This document shows positions 55,368-64,000 of a stretch of DNA of 64,000 nt, piece by piece. The notes beneath the pieces were generated by a model. It was not told the origin of the DNA. It did not search any database and worked only from the letters and a program-made list of their open reading frames with translations. A program made the position numbers and the translations under genes. Source of the DNA: Myxococcota bacterium (lineage in GTDB: Bacteria; Myxococcota_A; UBA796; CAJQPC01); NCBI GenBank assembly GCA_036012755.1, contig DASCPX010000183.1:1-64000 (forward strand), given 5' to 3'. Each line of letters starts with the position of its first letter. Position 1 is the stretch's first letter.

Positions 55368-56804
55368 TCACGGGCCGAAGCGGTGGGTCAGCGCGGCGAT
55401 GAGCCTGGCGTGGATGCCGTCGAAGCTGCCGTTGCTGAAGATCGCGACGACGTCCCCCTCGACGGCGTTGGCAGCGACGGCGGCGACGATGTCCTCTGTG
55501 TGGTCGAGGCAGGTCGCCTCCACGCCACGGGCTCGGATGTCGCTGGCGAGGGCGTGGGGGTCGAGGCGCTCCTCCGCCCCGATGCGCTCGTCGTAGGTGG
55601 CCTTGATGATCACGCAGTCCGCGCCGTCGAAGGCCTCTGCGTAGGGTCGCTGGAAGATCTTGCGGCGAGATGTGTTCGAGCGCGGCTCGAAGACGACCCA
55701 GAGGCGGCGCCCCCCGAAGCGGAGGCGGAGGGCCTCTGTGGTCACCCGCACGGCGGTCGGGTGGTGGGCGAAGTCGTCGACGACGGTCACACCTCCGACC
55801 TCGCCGATGATGTCCTGGCGCCGCTTGATGCCGCGGAAGGTGTCGAAGCCGCGAGACAGCTGATCCGCTGAGAGCCCCTCGCGCTCGAGCGCCGCGACAG
55901 CCGCGACCTGGTTGTAGAGGTTGTGCTCGCCGACGAGGATCGAGCTGAACACGCCGAAGGGCTGGCCCTCGCGCAGCACCGAGAAGCGCATGACGCCGCG
56001 GTCGTGGTCGACGGCCTCGACGCGCCCGTCCCACTGCTGGTTTGGCCCGTACTTCCGGACCTCGCAGGGGGCGTCCTCGCAGACCGCGCGAACCGTCGGG
56101 TGGTCCCAGCGCGCGACGAGGCAGCCGTCCTCTGGCATCGACGCCACCAGCTCGCGGAAGGCCTCCTGGCAGTGCTCCAGGTCCCGGTAGATGTCCGCGT
56201 GGTCGAACTCGACGCTCGTGATGATCGCGGTGTCGGCGCGGTAGCTCAGGAACTTCGGGCGCTTGTCGAAGAAGGCGGTGTCGTACTCGTCCCCCTCGAT
56301 GACGAAGTGACTGCCGCCACCGGCCCTCGCCGTGCGATCCCAGCCGTGCACCACGCCGCCGACGAGGTAGCCGGGATCGAGCCCGGCGTCGTCGGCCAGC
56401 CAGGCGGCGATCGCGGTCGTGGTCGTCTTTCCGTGGGTGCCGGCGCAGACGATGGACCTGGCCTCGCGCAGGAAGAGCTCGCCGAGCACGTGCGGGAAGG
56501 AACAGTAGGCGAGGTCCCGCTCGAGCACGGCCGCGGCCTCTTCGTAGACCGCTCGGATGACGTTGCCGACGACCACGAGGTCGGGGCCGTGGTCGAGGTT
56601 CGAGGCGACGTAGCCCTTCTGGATCTCGATCCCGAGCGAGGCGAGGTAGTCGCTCATCGGTGGGTAGGCGCCGGTGTCGGAGCCGGTCACGGTGAAGCCG
56701 GCGTCCGACAACATGCCGGCGATGGCACCCATGGCCGTGCCGCAGATGCCCATCACGTGGATGGTCTTCAGCTCCTCTGGGAGCCCTTGGTCGTAGAGAG
56801 GCAT
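55368..56804 (-). CDS. mpl: UDP-MurNAc:L-Ala-gamma-D-Glu-meso-DAP ligase (murein peptide ligase)
   Basis: MGICGTAMG, YPPMS, GTHGKTTT, EGDEYDTAFFDK, DDFAHHPTA, FEPRSNTS, SNGSFDG. Confidence 0.92.
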   Translation of the reverse strand: MPLYDQGLPEELKTIHVMGICGTAMGAIAGMLSDAGFTVTGSDTGAYPPMSDYLASLGIEIQKGYVASNLDHGPDLVVVGNVIRAVYEEAAAVLERDLAYCSFPHVLGELFLREARSIVCAGTHGKTTTTAIAAWLADDAGLDPGYLVGGVVHGWDRTARAGGGSHFVIEGDEYDTAFFDKRPKFLSYRADTAIITSVEFDHADIYRDLEHCQEAFRELVASMPEDGCLVARWDHPTVRAVCEDAPCEVRKYGPNQQWDGRVEAVDHDRGVMRFSVLREGQPFGVFSSILVGEHNLYNQVAAVAALEREGLSADQLSRGFDTFRGIKRRQDIIGEVGGVTVVDDFAHHPTAVRVTTEALRLRFGGRRLWVVFEPRSNTSRRKIFQRPYAEAFDGADCVIIKATYDERIGAEERLDPHALASDIRARGVEATCLDHTEDIVAAVAANAVEGDVVAIFSNGSFDGIHARLIAALTHRFGP

Positions 56805-57391
56805 GCTCGGGTGTGCGGAGCGACGGTGGAGGGGAGGGTGCGGAGTGACTGACGCAGCATGGACAGCGCGTCGGGGGTGTCCACGTCATACCAGAAGGGA
56901 AGCAGATCGCAGTCGAGGTGTGCGGCTCGCAGCAGGGTCTCGGCGAGGACGGCGTCCGTGCTCCAGGGCATCTCCGCCATCAACTCCGGGTGCGGGCGCT
57001 GCCAGGCGATGCCCCAGTAGCCTCCGTCGAAGGCCGGGCCTATGGCGAGCTCGTGTCGCCCGGCGGCGAGGCGCTGGAGCAGCTCTGGCGGCAGGGTAGG
57101 GGAGTCCGTTCCCAGCGCCACAGACGGCCCCCGCATCGCGTGGAGCATGCGCGCGCCGAGGTCCCCCTGGACCTGGGCTTCGACCGGACAGTCGAGAGCC
57201 TGCACCCAGGGATGGTCGAGGTCTCCGGCGATCGAGGCGGTGAGCTCCAGGTCACAGGACCGCACCAGCGCGAAGACATCCGCGGCCATCGCGGCGTGGA
57301 GCTCGGCAGCGCCCTCTGGACCGAGGGCCGGGATCAGCCGGGTCTTCACCGTGCCCGGGACCGGAGGCCTGGTGAACACGACGGCCCTCAC
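56768..57391 (-). CDS. DUF2064 / TIGR04282-type glycosyltransferase-like protein
   Basis: FTRPPVPGTVKTRL, QGDLGARM, GTDSPTL, GPAFDGGYW, WYDVDT; GTGA overlap. Confidence 0.88.
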   Translation of the reverse strand: MRAVVFTRPPVPGTVKTRLIPALGPEGAAELHAAMAADVFALVRSCDLELTASIAGDLDHPWVQALDCPVEAQVQGDLGARMLHAMRGPSVALGTDSPTLPPELLQRLAAGRHELAIGPAFDGGYWGIAWQRPHPELMAEMPWSTDAVLAETLLRAAHLDCDLLPFWYDVDTPDALSMLRQSLRTLPSTVAPHTRACLSTTKGSQRS

Positions 57392-58068
57392 GTTCGATGC
57401 CGCCAGGTCGCGCGCAGGATGCCGATGCCTGCTCGGATCGTGCCGCGGACGGTGCCCGAGATCTTCGAGCGACCGCCGCCCCGAGGCCGGTAGCGCACGG
57501 GCACCTCCTGGACCCGAAGGCCGTTCTGGACTGCCTTCATCTGCATCTCCACGTTCCAGCCGTAGGTCATCTCCGACATGCGCAGGGCCAGCAGCACGTC
57601 CCAGCGGAGGGCTCGGAAGGGGCCCATGTCCCGGTAGGTCCAGCCCGTCCAGCGGCGGATGAGGCGGGTCGCCAGCAGGTTCCCGAAGCGCTGGTTGGGC
57701 AGGAGCGCGCCCTGCTCGGCGAGGCTGACGCGCTCTCCCAGGACCATGTCGGCTTCGCCCTTGAGGATGGGCCTCAACAACAGCGGCAGGTCGTCCACGT
57801 TGTCGCTTCCGTCCGCGTCGAGGATGACGATGATGTCCGGTGGTGTCTCCTCCAGGTGTGCAAAGCCCGCGAGACAAGCAGAGCCGTAGCCCCTGCGCTC
57901 CTCGATCACGAGCTCGGCGCCCCCTTCCAGCGCGATGTCTCTGGTGCGGTCCGTGGAGCCGTTGTCGACGACGATGACCCGCCCGGGACGAAGTCTGCGG
58001 AGGTCCGCGAGCACCGACGGGAGGGCCTCCTCCTCGTTGAGGGCGGGGATGACGACCGCGACGCGCAC
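57388..58068 (-). CDS. Family 2 glycosyltransferase
   Basis: VVIPALNEE, VVDNGSTD, GYGSAC, LDADGSD, DMGPFRA, YGWNVEMQ. Confidence 0.92.
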   Translation of the reverse strand: MRVAVVIPALNEEEALPSVLADLRRLRPGRVIVVDNGSTDRTRDIALEGGAELVIEERRGYGSACLAGFAHLEETPPDIIVILDADGSDNVDDLPLLLRPILKGEADMVLGERVSLAEQGALLPNQRFGNLLATRLIRRWTGWTYRDMGPFRALRWDVLLALRMSEMTYGWNVEMQMKAVQNGLRVQEVPVRYRPRGGGRSKISGTVRGTIRAGIGILRATWRHRT

Positions 58069-58091
58069 CGTCGGTGGTTAATGTGCACCTG

Positions 58092-58532
58092 ATGCTCGCG
58101 CTTGCACTGCTGTTGTCCGTCGACGCCGCCGACAACCCCTTCCGCGTGCAGCCCCAGGGGCTCTCCGTGCCTGCTGGGTCCTCTGCCAAGGCCACCTTCG
58201 TCATCACCGTCCCCGACGGCACCTTCCTGTACCAGGACATGACGGAGGTGAAGGTGGTGGCCTCCGCGCCGCTGACCGCTGGTGCGCCCGACCTGCCTCC
58301 TGCGGTCGAGAAGGAGGACCCGGTCCTGGGCATGACGCGATCCATCTGGGATCAAGACGTCTACATCGAGATCCCGGTCACGGCTCCGGCAGAGCTGGGC
58401 GACCACTCGCTGGTCCTCGAGGCCAGGTACCAGGGCTGCAAGGGCACGCTCTGCTACATGCCGGTGACAGAGGAGGTCACGATCCCCGTGCGCGTCCTAG
58501 CCGCCGTAGATGCCGACGCTGGAGCTCCCTGA
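58092..58532 (+). CDS. Stand-alone DsbD N-terminal (alpha) domain protein
   Basis: Short signal; I.VPDGTFLY; YQGCKGTLCYMP Cys pair. Confidence 0.78.
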   Translation: MLALALLLSVDAADNPFRVQPQGLSVPAGSSAKATFVITVPDGTFLYQDMTEVKVVASAPLTAGAPDLPPAVEKEDPVLGMTRSIWDQDVYIEIPVTAPAELGDHSLVLEARYQGCKGTLCYMPVTEEVTIPVRVLAAVDADAGAP

Positions 58533-60173
58533 GACCACGTCACCGCGGGTCGAGCCCGTCGTCTCGAGCGACAGCGTGCCCTCGCCCAGGTACGCCCAGA
58601 CCTGCCAGTTGTCCAGGTCGCCCGCGTCGTAGAGCAGGTAGGCCTGCACCCTGTTCCAGTCCACCGGCAGCGTGCCTTCCTGGGTGAGGTCGTCGGTCTC
58701 GGCCAGGGCGTAGTAGGCGATGGCGTCGCCGCCCTCGAGCCGCCCCGAGGCGAAGAGGATGGACGAGCCGGTCTCGTGCTCGCCGATGACGGCGCTCATG
58801 AACTCCACCGGCATCTCCTCCCCGTAGAGGGTCACCTCGAAGGAGCCTGAGCCGTAGGCGAAGGTGTTCTCTGTTCCGTAGCTGCCCCAGGTCGTGTCGA
58901 AGGTGACATCGAAGCGTCCCTGCTCGGCGAGGCAGATCGCCTCCCGAAGCGAGTCGTCGATGGTGGGGGGACCGCTGGCGAGCTCGTCTTCGATGTGTCC
59001 GCGCCTCGAGGTGATGAAGTCACCCATGTTCTGGATGGTCTGGCGCCGCAGGGACTTGTCCTCGTAGTCGCTCAGGTAGGGCTTGGTCAGCGCCTCCATC
59101 TCGTCGAGCCGGGTCGCCCAGTGGGACTCGTCCCAGGTCGTCTCGAGCAGGCCATCGAGGGCCTCGAAGTAGCGGTCCTGACCCTCGGCCGTGTTGTAGA
59201 TCCGCCATGCCAGCATGCTCTCACCGGTCACGCTGGTCGGGCTGTAGGCGCCGAAGGGCTGCTCGCCCTCCAGGACGGCGTCGACACCCCACGGGATGAA
59301 GTGGAAGCGGTCGCCGTCGTCCGGATCCGCGTAGACGTAGAAGTTGTTGGTGTTGGCCGTGTAGCTGTCCCAGTGGCCGATGAGCACCTCTGTGGCCCAT
59401 GCCCGCAGGAAGGCGTCGACGTCCACGACCTCGTCCAGCTCGGCCAGCACCTCGTCGTCATCGGCCTCGAGCGCGGCCACCACGGCGGCGAGGTCCGCTC
59501 GGTCGCTGCCACCCCACTCGTCCTCGAAGGTGTCTGTCCAGCCCTCGCGGAAGTCCGACAGGGTGCCCTCGTAGAGGTGGCCGTCGCCGTCGCCGAACTC
59601 CCGTCGAAGCAGCTGGCGCTTGACCGGCTCGATGTTGGAGTACAGCCCGAGATCCTCGCCGTTGACGACCACGTGGGCGAAGTTGCAGCGCGACGCGGGC
59701 ACCCCGGCGGCCTCGTAGATCTCGAGGGCCATGCAGGTCTTCAGCCGCGAGGGGTCCTGGCGGGTGTTGTTGAGCGTCAGGTGCTCGACCTCGTGCCAGC
59801 GCTGTCCGCTGACGATGTCGTCGAGGTCCAGCTTGATGCCCGGACGTGTCGACTCCTGGGAGCCGATGAGCCCCTTCTTCCTGATGGCGACTGACTCCAT
59901 GAGGTCGCCGTCGAGGGTCACGTCAGCCTCGAACCAGGTGTAGGGATGAGCGAAGGGCTCATCCATGCAGTCCTCGCCGGCGAGGATGTCGAAGATGTTC
60001 CGCGCCTGGTTCCGCATCTCCTCGAAGTCCGCCTCCGACATCTCGATCTCGACCTCGATGACGTGGTCGGGGTCGTAGACGACCGCGGTCGGGTCGGTCT
60101 CCGGAGCGGCCGAGTCGTCGACGGGCAGGTTCGGGACGCTGTTCCGGGTGCAGGCCAGCAGGAGGATGGTCAC
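58497..60173 (-). CDS. CotH kinase family lipoprotein
   Basis: MTILLLA-C; IRKKG, LTLNN..QDPS, NGEDLGLYSNIE, LYEG, HWDSY..NNFY.Y, FIPWG.D. Confidence 0.88.
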   Translation of the reverse strand: MTILLLACTRNSVPNLPVDDSAAPETDPTAVVYDPDHVIEVEIEMSEADFEEMRNQARNIFDILAGEDCMDEPFAHPYTWFEADVTLDGDLMESVAIRKKGLIGSQESTRPGIKLDLDDIVSGQRWHEVEHLTLNNTRQDPSRLKTCMALEIYEAAGVPASRCNFAHVVVNGEDLGLYSNIEPVKRQLLRREFGDGDGHLYEGTLSDFREGWTDTFEDEWGGSDRADLAAVVAALEADDDEVLAELDEVVDVDAFLRAWATEVLIGHWDSYTANTNNFYVYADPDDGDRFHFIPWGVDAVLEGEQPFGAYSPTSVTGESMLAWRIYNTAEGQDRYFEALDGLLETTWDESHWATRLDEMEALTKPYLSDYEDKSLRRQTIQNMGDFITSRRGHIEDELASGPPTIDDSLREAICLAEQGRFDVTFDTTWGSYGTENTFAYGSGSFEVTLYGEEMPVEFMSAVIGEHETGSSILFASGRLEGGDAIAYYALAETDDLTQEGTLPVDWNRVQAYLLYDAGDLDNWQVWAYLGEGTLSLETTGSTRGDVVSGSSSVGIYGG

Positions 60174-60850
60174 GAACCCAAGGGTAGCGTCGGATCGGCG
60201 AGGTGGGCGTGGTCGTTGAGGCGATGGACGCGCAGACCGGACTCCGACCAGCCGAGCAGCGACAGCGCCGTGTTCGGTTGGCGGACGTAGGGCAGGAAGC
60301 GGAAGGGGAGACCAACAGCGGTGAGCACGGCCACCGCCAGCGCCATCTGGTGGGTGACGATGACGACGGGGACGCCTGGACCGTGACGCCTGCCGAGGTC
60401 TTCCAGCGCTGGGATCACTCGGGCTGCCAGCTCTCGCAGGGTCTCTCCGCCGGGGACCCGCACGTCGGTCGGGTCGATGGCCCAGGCGGTGAAGATCTCG
60501 GGGTTGTCCGGGACCACCTCCTGTGCGAGCAGGCCCTCGAAGTCGCCCTGGTCGAGCTCCTGGAGGGCTGGGAGCAGCCGAGGTGGCCCGAGAGGCTCCG
60601 CGGTCTGGGCCGCCCTCGACAGCGGCGAGCTGTAGAGCGCCGCCCGGGGGAGGGATCGGAGCCGGCGGCACACGGCCTCTGCCTGGTCACGTCCCACCTC
60701 GTCCAGAGGGACGTCCATGCAGCCCACGAAGCGGCGCTCGACGTTGGCTCGTGTGCGGCCGTGTCGGAGCAGCAACAGCGGCGTCTCGCCCCCCTCCGCG
60801 CACTCGGCGAGGGCTCGTGAGAGAGGGTCGGGCGGGGGCAGTTTTTGCAC
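60170..60850 (-). CDS. Histidine phosphatase (phosphoglycerate mutase) family protein
   Basis: LLRHGRT, YSSPLSRA.QTA, ELDQGDFEG, PGGET, VTH; start uncertain (GTG 60850 or 60859). Confidence 0.88.
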   Translation of the reverse strand: MQKLPPPDPLSRALAECAEGGETPLLLLRHGRTRANVERRFVGCMDVPLDEVGRDQAEAVCRRLRSLPRAALYSSPLSRAAQTAEPLGPPRLLPALQELDQGDFEGLLAQEVVPDNPEIFTAWAIDPTDVRVPGGETLRELAARVIPALEDLGRRHGPGVPVVIVTHQMALAVAVLTAVGLPFRFLPYVRQPNTALSLLGWSESGLRVHRLNDHAHLADPTLPLGS

Positions 60851-60913
60851 GCTCTGCACGTACCCCCTACCACCGGGGCGGGGTAGGGTGAAGTGCACTC
60901 TCGAGGCGGAGAA

Positions 60914-61891
60914 ATGGCTGACCCAAAGAAGGGCTTCGACCCCCTGGCGAGCCTGTTCGACGGGCCTGATCTCAGGGACTTCTCTGGCGCTGGCTCGCCG
61001 CTGCCGGAGGTGGACGAGTCCATCGAGTTCACGGATCCATCGCCGGAGGCCACCGATCCCCTGATCTCGATGCCGGTCGACGGCCTGCCGCTGGAGACCC
61101 TCAAGGGCTCCGAACCGGGCAGCTCGCCGGCTCCGGCACCCATCCCGCCTCGGGCGCGCGCTGAGATGCCCAGCGCCCTGGAGCCCCCCGAGCCCGCCGC
61201 GCTGGAGCCCACGCCCATCGCTCCGAGCGCCGAGCCCGACGCTGCGGAGGACGCCCCGACAGAGGAGGGTCCCACGAGCGAGGACAAGGCAAAGCTGGCG
61301 AAGGCGCTGGCCGCCGCCGCGCTCGCAAAGGCCCAGGAGAAGCAGAAGATCGAGGGCCTGGCCAAGGCCGAGAGCAAGCGTCGCCGCTCTATTCCTCCCC
61401 CTCCGGAGATGGCGGAGCCCGAGGCACCGAAGAGCCGTCTGGAGGGCCTGGCGGCGCGCGCACCCAGGCCAGTCTCTGCGTTGGAGGCAGCTCGGGCCGC
61501 CGCCAGCGCCGAGGCCGCAAGGAAGGAGGCTGCCGACGTCGCGCATCTGCTCGAGCTGCCGAACCGGATCGACAAGATCTTGCGCCGCCAGCTCAAGGGC
61601 ATCCGCACCCTCGACGTCGTCAACGCGCTGTTGATGGACGACAGGCCCCTGCTGCAGGCCCTCTGGAAGGGGCATCGAGCCCGCTTTGCTGCGACGGGGA
61701 GCCTCTCAGAGGTCGTCGCCACGACCAACGTCATCCGGGCGCTCGGGGCCGTGCCCAAGGGCCAACTCGTCGCGGCGATCGTGGAGACCGAGAAGACCGA
61801 CTACCTCGTCTGGGTGGACCTTGGCAGCGAAGCGACCATCGCGGCCTTCCCCGATGCCCGCGCCTGGTACGCCCACGCTCGGGACACCTAG
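60914..61891 (+). CDS. Hypothetical protein with Pro/Ala-rich N-terminal region and globular C-terminus
   Basis: ATG with GAGGCGGAG upstream; long ORF with genome-like codon use. Confidence 0.7.
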   Translation: MADPKKGFDPLASLFDGPDLRDFSGAGSPLPEVDESIEFTDPSPEATDPLISMPVDGLPLETLKGSEPGSSPAPAPIPPRARAEMPSALEPPEPAALEPTPIAPSAEPDAAEDAPTEEGPTSEDKAKLAKALAAAALAKAQEKQKIEGLAKAESKRRRSIPPPPEMAEPEAPKSRLEGLAARAPRPVSALEAARAAASAEAARKEAADVAHLLELPNRIDKILRRQLKGIRTLDVVNALLMDDRPLLQALWKGHRARFAATGSLSEVVATTNVIRALGAVPKGQLVAAIVETEKTDYLVWVDLGSEATIAAFPDARAWYAHARDT

Positions 61892-63735
61892 GTCGGTCCC
61901 CAGGGCGATCCCCGCCACCTCGACAGGGTCAACAGGGTCCACAGTCTCCGACGGTGGTCCCGGTGGCCGCGCTCGTGTTCATCCAGGATCCGCCTGACCG
62001 TTTGCGGGTCACACAGACCCTCGAGGGACTCGGGCAGGTCGTCCAGCAGGTGCTTGCACGGGCCGGCCAGCCAGTGGGCCAGGGGGGTGCCGAAGCCCTT
62101 CTTGGGGCGCTCCACGACCCAGTCGGGGACGAGCCCGGAGAGCGCCCGGCGAAGGAGGACCTTGGTCTTCCTCCCTCGGATCTTGTGCCGTACCGGCAGG
62201 TTCTGGGCGAGCTCGACGAGGCGGTGGTCCAGGAAGGGGCTGCGGAGCTCGATGGAGTGGAGCATCGTCGCCCGGTCCGCCTTCGCGAGGACACCCTCTC
62301 CGAGGTAGAGGCGCTGGTCGAGGAACATCGCCGCCTCGGCCACGTCCAGGCCCTGGACCACGCGACCCCAGCGGTCCACGGTGTCCCAGGGGTCGACCTG
62401 GAGGCCGAGCAGCGGCTCGAGCTCGTCGGGGAGGAAGGCTCCCAGCCAGACCTGGTTGCGTCTGGCCAGGGCATGGGGCAGGCCGGCCGTGAAGCGACGG
62501 GCGAGGTAGCCGGCGCCGAGGTTCTCACGGCTGGCCGGGAGTCGCCCGGCGACTCGCCCGAGGAGCCCGCTCCCCACGCTGGCGGGAGCTGCGATGCGGT
62601 GTGCGAAGTAGGTGGGGTAGCCGCCGAAGTGCTCGTCGGCGCCGTCGCCGCTTATCGCCAGCTTGTGACCGGCGGCTCGGATGCCTTCGGCGAGCACCCA
62701 GGTCGAGGGCAGGGAGCCGTCCGCGAGGGGCTCGCACATGCCGGCGCTCAAGGCGTCCAGGACCTCTGGCATCCGGCCCGCCCGGAAGCGGACCTCCGTG
62801 TGCTCCAGGCAGAGGTGCTCGGCGACCGCGCGGGCCGGTCCGGACTCGTCGAAGCTCTGCTCGTCGAAGACCAGGGAGAAGGAATGCAGCGGCGCCTTCC
62901 GCTCCTTCACCGCCAGCGCCGCGATGGCCGAGCTGTCGATTCCACCGCTCAACAGGATGGCGAGCGGCAGGTCCGTGTCGCAGCGCTTGCGTACAGCCAT
63001 GCGCAAGGAGGTGGTGATGGCTTCGACCCAGCGCTCCTCGGCGATGCCCTTTCGCTGGGCCCCGTGTCCGGGCAGCGGCGGGTCCCACCAGCGCTCGAGC
63101 CGCTCGCCCTCGGCCGTGCAGACCAGGACGGTCCCGGCCTCGAGCTTGTGGATGTCCGCGTAGATGCTGCGTGGCGCCGGCACGTACTCGAACATCAGGT
63201 ACTGGGACAGCGCCACCTCGTCGATCCGCCTGGAGACCCCTGGGTGGACGAGGAGTCCCTTGAGCTCGGAGGCGAAGAGCACCGTGCCGTCCTCCAGCCG
63301 CGTCCAGTAGAGGGGCTTCTGGCCGAGCCGGTCCCGCGCCAGCCAGAGGGTGCCGGGCTGCCAGGCGGCGACCGCGAACATGCCCTCTGTACGGCGCAGC
63401 CCACGCTTCAGGCCGACCTCTGCAGTCAGCGCCGCGAGCACCTCTGTGTCGCACTCCGTGTCGAAGCGGAAGCCCAGCGCCGCGTGCTCGGAGCGCAGGG
63501 GGTTGTGGTTGTAGATCTCGCCGTTGAAGGCGACCCACACCCCGCCTCCCGAGAGCGGCTGCCGGCCGTTTTCGCGGTCGACGATGGCCAGCCGCCGCGC
63601 GGCCAGCGCGCCCTCGGCGACCTCGACGATGTGCTCGTCGTCGGGGCCGCGGTGCTCCAGCACCCGGACCATCTTCGCGACGGGTCCTCGGTCGACGGGC
63701 CCCCTGAAGTTGAAGGCCCCGGCGATGCCGCACAT
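61888..63735 (-). CDS. asnB: Asparagine synthase (glutamine-hydrolysing) family amidotransferase
   Basis: MCGIAG, HRGPD, FNGEIYN, RDRLGQKPLY, LSGGIDSS, SGDGADE.FGGY, RPKKGF. Confidence 0.93.
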   Translation of the reverse strand: MCGIAGAFNFRGPVDRGPVAKMVRVLEHRGPDDEHIVEVAEGALAARRLAIVDRENGRQPLSGGGVWVAFNGEIYNHNPLRSEHAALGFRFDTECDTEVLAALTAEVGLKRGLRRTEGMFAVAAWQPGTLWLARDRLGQKPLYWTRLEDGTVLFASELKGLLVHPGVSRRIDEVALSQYLMFEYVPAPRSIYADIHKLEAGTVLVCTAEGERLERWWDPPLPGHGAQRKGIAEERWVEAITTSLRMAVRKRCDTDLPLAILLSGGIDSSAIAALAVKERKAPLHSFSLVFDEQSFDESGPARAVAEHLCLEHTEVRFRAGRMPEVLDALSAGMCEPLADGSLPSTWVLAEGIRAAGHKLAISGDGADEHFGGYPTYFAHRIAAPASVGSGLLGRVAGRLPASRENLGAGYLARRFTAGLPHALARRNQVWLGAFLPDELEPLLGLQVDPWDTVDRWGRVVQGLDVAEAAMFLDQRLYLGEGVLAKADRATMLHSIELRSPFLDHRLVELAQNLPVRHKIRGRKTKVLLRRALSGLVPDWVVERPKKGFGTPLAHWLAGPCKHLLDDLPESLEGLCDPQTVRRILDEHERGHRDHRRRLWTLLTLSRWRGSPWGPT

Positions 63736-63742
63736 CCTGAGC

Positions 63743-64000
63743 TCAGACCTCTCTCAAGGAGGCACGAGCGATGACCTCTTCGTCGGTCTCGAGGTTTCGC
63801 ACGCTGTGGATGCGATACGGCGCCTTGTCGCGGACGTCGTAGTGCATCCGGATGAGGACCTCGGCGACGATGCCGAGCGTGACCTCGACGACACCGAGCA
63901 TCGCCATCAAGGCCGCGCCGACGCCCAGGACGGCGACGACGGCAGGGTCCAGCCAGAGCGCAGCGACGAAGGCCCCGGCTCCGGTCAGCACGCCCAGCAG
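63743..64000 (-). CDS. C-terminal end of a probable ArnC-like family 2 glycosyltransferase (5'-truncated by window)
   Basis: Open to window edge; two TM helices then LGIVAEVLIRMHYD...PYRI. Confidence 0.65.
   Translation of the reverse strand: MLGVLTGAGAFVAALWLDPAVVAVLGVGAALMAMLGVVEVTLGIVAEVLIRMHYDVRDKAPYRIHSVRNLETDEEVIARASLREV

Overview
High-GC (about 70% by eye), very gene-dense bacterial chromosome segment, most likely from a Myxococcota/Deltaproteobacteria-like lineage (MYXO-CTERM sorting signal, Myxococcus-type Cys-rich repeat, many lipoproteins). About 52 CDS; no rRNA, tRNA, CRISPR array or transposase was seen. Recognisable content: a small type II FAS/PKS-like operon (KS, CLF-like, extended ACP, acyl-ACP-reductase-like, methyltransferase), miaB, an ABC-F ATPase, xdhAB, a surface-protein operon ending in a TraA/TraB-like pair, ABC transporters, a cyclase / MBL hydrolase / GAF-sigma54 activator / Flp pilin locus, a doubly disrupted membrane adenylate cyclase, a degenerate PilT, a molybdopterin oxidoreductase, trpS, two sigma factors, an aminotransferase-luxE-luxC-dipeptidase operon without luciferase, mpl, glycosyltransferases, CotH and asnB. 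Three window-wide oddities stand out: about a dozen exported proteins have ultra-short (7-13 aa) signal peptides with no charged n-region, at least seven genes have a TAnnnT box 6-7 nt before the start codon (leaderless-type), and three genes appear to start at CTG. All family calls come from motif recognition by eye, not from database searches.
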